Position numbers and translations under genes: made by a program. Source: an uncultured Desulfobulbus sp. (GTDB lineage: Bacteria > Desulfobacterota > Desulfobulbia > Desulfobulbales > Desulfobulbaceae). Taken from it: a DNA stretch of 28,474 bases. Under the pieces are notes generated by a model that saw only the letters and a program-made list of their open reading frames with translations, ran no database searches and was not told the DNA's origin. The stretch is from contig CAZQKF010000001.1 of assembly GCA_964593645.1 (NCBI GenBank), positions 1 to 28,474 of the forward strand. Reading direction: 5' to 3'. How positions within the stretch are numbered: the stretch's first letter is position 1; the number at the start of each line of letters is the position of its first letter. Shown here one piece after another: positions 25,342 through 28,474 of this stretch.

Positions 25342-25890
25342 TCATCTATTAACGACTGACCTCAGTACGGGACTCTTCCATGGCTCCCCACAAAATTGAC
25401 CGACCACCTCGTATATCGTACTTAAATTAAACGGTTTCGTGATATATTCATCTGCCCCAGCCCGTAGCAGAATTTTCTGATCCCCTATGTTTCCCGTTAC
25501 TGCTACAATAGGGATTCTTGTCCCCACCCTTCGAGAGTGGAGAGATTGAGCTAGTTTCTGCTGTTCTGCGAGTGCAAGGTGTTCCCCTTGCTCACATTTG
25601 CGAATAAATTGCGTGGCTGTTAATCCGTCCATCACTGGCATACGGACATCCATCAAAAGCATGTCAAAATCATGATCAGTCATGAAATATAAGGCTTCTA
25701 AACCGTTATTGGCTACCGATACCTTATAGTCACAGGCTTCCAGGCCTGATTTTAACATGCCACAGATAAGAGGTTCGTCATCCACAACAAGTATATGCCC
25801 GTAGTGTTTATTAGTTTTAGAGATGGCGAATGTTTGTTCACTCTGTTTTATCAAACGGTCCCTGGGCCGGATGCTCCCTGCTTCATTCAA
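25342..25890 (-). CDS. Stand-alone response-regulator receiver protein
   Basis: ILVVDDEP, LLMDVRMPVMDG (phospho-Asp), IVAVTG (Thr) and YITKPF (Lys). No output domain. Start codon uncertain. Confidence 0.88.
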   Translation of the reverse strand: MNEAGSIRPRDRLIKQSEQTFAISKTNKHYGHILVVDDEPLICGMLKSGLEACDYKVSVANNGLEALYFMTDHDFDMLLMDVRMPVMDGLTATQFIRKCEQGEHLALAEQQKLAQSLHSRRVGTRIPIVAVTGNIGDQKILLRAGADEYITKPFNLSTIYEVVGQFCGEPWKSPVLRSVVNR

Positions 25891-26095
25891 TTTTATACCT
25901 TTGCCTATATAAATATTCTAATTCCTGATCAATCAATTTAATATTGAATGATCCCCCCTTTAAATTATCACCATTGTCCAGAAGTGTGAGCCACTCAAGG
26001 TCTAAAGCGATTCTGCCGGCCAGTCTAGGTGAGACATTGACGTCAATGGACGTGTTGGTGTCATGAGATAAGTTGTTTGCTTTATGTCGTTCCAT
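25883..26095 (-). CDS. Small hypothetical protein (70 aa)
   Basis: GGAGG RBS 7 nt upstream of the ATG at 26095 (MERHK...), which is a better start than 26164. Its stop overlaps the annotated start of the receiver gene. Confidence 0.45.
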   Translation of the reverse strand: MERHKANNLSHDTNTSIDVNVSPRLAGRIALDLEWLTLLDNGDNLKGGSFNIKLIDQELEYLYRQRYKIE

Positions 26096-26422
26096 AATAG
26101 ATCCTCCCGATGCCAAGTTTATGTGGTTTTGATCTGCAATCAGATATCCAACGCATATGATCAAGTTATTTCGCTGAACGATTAAATTCTTTTTAGCCCA
26201 GGAATATTAGATGGGAATTAAATAATGATGAGGAATACGTTAACCAGGTATTACCACATGAGGTGGTATGGAAGAAATGGGTACACATTTAGGAGTGGGT
26301 TACTCATCCCCAGATGAGGTGACCAATGATAAAGGAATGAGACAATACTCTCGAAATTTAAAGATTTTATGAATAAAAATCGTATATTAGGTGTAAAAAG
26401 AGTATTAAATAGGGACATATTT

Positions 26423-26449
26423 CAGCGTTGATTGACGCCTGTTTTTTTT
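26423..26449 (+). terminator. Weak intrinsic-terminator-like hairpin with T8 tail
   Basis: CAGCGT-TGATTG-ACGCCTG (6 bp with one bulge) followed by TTTTTTTT. Confidence 0.4.
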
Positions 26450-26493
26450 GAATGGTTGGCGGATGTTTCCTGCTTGTCTAAGCAAGCTTGGTG

Positions 26494-26522
26494 TTGACAG
26501 TCCTCAAAATTATCGTTAATTA
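26494..26522 (+). promoter_or_regulatory. Possible sigma70 promoter for the downstream oxidoreductase
   Basis: Perfect -35 TTGACA at 26494-26499. Only a weak AT-rich -10 (TAATTA) at 17-nt spacing. Confidence 0.35.
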
Positions 26523-26540
26523 GCATTCCAGATGCCTTGG

Positions 26541-26604
26541 GAGGCTGTCCGAGAATAGAGAGCCTACTACAGATAAGCGCAGACATCTAAGCCCGAGAAG
26601 TTGG
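26541..26604. mobile_element. Single-ended copy of the same IS/MITE family
   Basis: Begins GAGGCTGTCCGAGAATAG. 26552-26604 matches the reverse complement of the right arm of the 24190-24302 element at 47/53 nt (counted by hand). No second terminal repeat before the ATG at 26706. Confidence 0.75.
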
Positions 26605-26705
26605 CCCATTTTTCTGTTAGTTTTCGTCTAATAGTGCTGCTATTGCCCGAAAATGATCGAAAAACTGGTTCTTTTTAGATTTGATCACCAAAACCGTGTC
26701 ATACC

Positions 26706-28337
26706 ATGCTGAGACTAACAGAACTAAAACTCCCCCTTGACCATAGTGACGCAGACATAAGGGCGTCAATCATTAACAAGCTTGGCATTCAAGCAAATAA
26801 TCTCATTAGCCACACAATCTTCCGACGCAGCGTTGATGCCCGAAAATCACACGCCATCGTATTTATCTACACGGTTGATATTCTAGTGACGGACGAAGAC
26901 AGTCTTTTTGCACGGTTTAAGGGGGATCGGCATATTGGTCTTGCGCCTGACACAACCTACCATTTTGTTGCCAGAGCTCCTGAGAAGGCACTTCCCGCAC
27001 GCCCAGTCATCGTCGGCATGGGTCCATCCGGCTTATATGCCGGATTAATCCTTGCCCAGTCAGGATTCAGGCCCCTGATTTTGGAGCGTGGTAAAGCTGT
27101 TCGGGAACGCACCAAGGACACCTTTGGGCTATGGCGTAAAGGTGTCCTTAACCCTGAATCTAATGTGCAGTTCGGAGAGGGCGGGGCTGGTACATTTTCC
27201 GATGGTAAGCTATACACGCAGATAAAAGACCCCAAGCATTACGGTAGAAAAGTATTGGCAGAATTTGTCAAGGCCGGTGCATCGCCCGAAATTATGTATG
27301 TCAGCAAGCCACACATTGGCACATACCGCTTGGTGGGCATCGTAGAAAAAATGCGTGGCACGATCCAGGCGCTGGGAGGCGAGATTCGTTTCCAGAGCCG
27401 GGTGGATGATATCGAGATCGAGGCCGGTCAGGTGCAAGGTGTCGTGCTGGCAAGCGGTGAACGCATCGCTACCAGCCATGTTATCCTGGCCCTTGGCCAC
27501 AGTGCTCGTGATACCTTTGAAATGCTTTATAAGCGTGGCATCTTTCTGGAAGCGAAGCCCTTTTCCATTGGCTTGCGCATTGAGCATCCACAATCGCTCA
27601 TCAACCGCAGTCGACATGGTATGAACGCCGACAATCCACTGCTTGGCGCTGCCGACTACAAGCTTGTTTATCACGCCAGCAATGGTCGGTCAGTGTACAG
27701 CTTTTGCATGTGTCCTGGCGGCTCCGTTGTCGCCGCCACCTCCGAACCAGGGCGGGTGGTTACCAATGGCATGAGTCAATATTCGCGCAAAAAGCTAAAT
27801 GCCAACAGCGGTATAGTTGTAGGAATTACCCCGGTCGACTACCCGGATGGGCCGCTGGCGGGTATGGAGTTTCAACGCTTCTGGGAGTCACGAGCCTTTG
27901 AGCTGGGTGGTGGCAACTACCAGGCTCCTGGGCAGTTGGTTGGAGATTTTCTGGCTGGCCGACCATCCACCACGCTTGGCTCAGTGCAGCCATCCTATAC
28001 ACCTGGCGTCCACTTATGCGATCTTAGCGCCGCTCTACCAGATTACGTCATAGATGCCATCCGCGAGGCCTTGCCCTCCTTCGCCAGACAAATTAAAGAC
28101 TTTGATCTGGCTGATGCTGTTCTCACCGGGGTAGAAACACGCACTTCATCGCCAATCCGCATCAAACGCAACGTCTCAGACCTGCAAAGCATCAACACCA
28201 AAGGTTTGTATCCCACCGGCGAAGGTGCAGGCTATGCAGGTGGGATTCTTTCTTCAGCCGTGGATGGAATTAAGGTTGCTGAAGCATTAGCCTTAAAACT
28301 GTTGGAATGTGGCGACCAAGTAGCGGCCCAAGATTAG
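26706..28337 (+). CDS. Uncharacterised FAD-dependent oxidoreductase/dehydrogenase (COG2509-like)
   Basis: Rossmann motif IVGMGPSGLYAG; SNVQFGEGGAGTFSDGKL; FCMCPGG; GVETRTSSP; C-terminal GEGAGYAGGILSSAVDG. Confidence 0.9.
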   Translation: MLRLTELKLPLDHSDADIRASIINKLGIQANNLISHTIFRRSVDARKSHAIVFIYTVDILVTDEDSLFARFKGDRHIGLAPDTTYHFVARAPEKALPARPVIVGMGPSGLYAGLILAQSGFRPLILERGKAVRERTKDTFGLWRKGVLNPESNVQFGEGGAGTFSDGKLYTQIKDPKHYGRKVLAEFVKAGASPEIMYVSKPHIGTYRLVGIVEKMRGTIQALGGEIRFQSRVDDIEIEAGQVQGVVLASGERIATSHVILALGHSARDTFEMLYKRGIFLEAKPFSIGLRIEHPQSLINRSRHGMNADNPLLGAADYKLVYHASNGRSVYSFCMCPGGSVVAATSEPGRVVTNGMSQYSRKKLNANSGIVVGITPVDYPDGPLAGMEFQRFWESRAFELGGGNYQAPGQLVGDFLAGRPSTTLGSVQPSYTPGVHLCDLSAALPDYVIDAIREALPSFARQIKDFDLADAVLTGVETRTSSPIRIKRNVSDLQSINTKGLYPTGEGAGYAGGILSSAVDGIKVAEALALKLLECGDQVAAQD

Positions 28338-28449
28338 CCGCCAAATATGAACATGTCTGACTCTCCCATGTAAATCCAAAGATACTGACTGTCAAAGCTT
28401 GTAAGGTCATAGGGGCATAGCTTGAGGTCATGCTGTGCTTTTTTGGTGG

Positions 28450-28474
28450 CTAGGAGGCTGTCCGAGAATAGAAG
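28450..28474. mobile_element. Left end of a third copy of the IS/MITE family, cut by the window edge
   Basis: CTAG + GAGGCTGTCCGAGAATAGAAG is identical to 24186-24210 except for one base. Confidence 0.8.

Noticed and set aside
26129-26142. FNR/CRP-type site (TTGAT-CTGC-AATCA)
   Set aside because: The half-site spacing is one base off the TTGAT-N4-ATCAA consensus.
24186-28474. CRISPR array or intact insertion sequence from the repeated GAGGCTGTCCGAGAATAG
   Set aside because: The copies are kilobases apart with no regular spacers, and no transposase or cas ORF is in the window.

Overview
About 24 kb of this window (1-24189, all + strand) is one cell-envelope export/adhesion locus. In order: a 5'-truncated PEP-CTERM/VPLPA-CTERM-type protein; a secreted PstS/DING-like protein followed by a strong terminator; two exported SlyD-like FKBP foldases (one fused to a CPWC thioredoxin domain); a TpsB (ShlB/FhaC) transporter; a ~3400-aa filamentous-haemagglutinin-like TpsA with a DUF3739-type C-terminus; DUF2341-LamG-ExbB; ExbD; a TonB/TolA-like protein; a putative porin; a membrane-anchored coiled-coil protein; and a LapG protease/LapD receptor pair. 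From recall, not a search, the core resembles the poorly understood Pseudomonas aeruginosa pdtA/pdtB-exbB2-exbD2 region. The additions here are FKBP/thioredoxin foldases, a CTERM-sorted protein and lapGD with no type I secretion adhesin in the window. The best candidate new system is a proton-motive-force-coupled two-partner secretion adhesin with LapG-controlled release. The remaining 4 kb holds a small IS-derived repeat (MITE-like; one complete and two partial copies), a triple-repeat lipoprotein, an orphan receiver protein, a small ORF, a candidate GGA-rich sRNA and an FAD-dependent oxidoreductase. A deltaproteobacterial (Desulfobacterota-like) host is only a weak guess. All domain calls come from reading motifs by eye; no searches were run.
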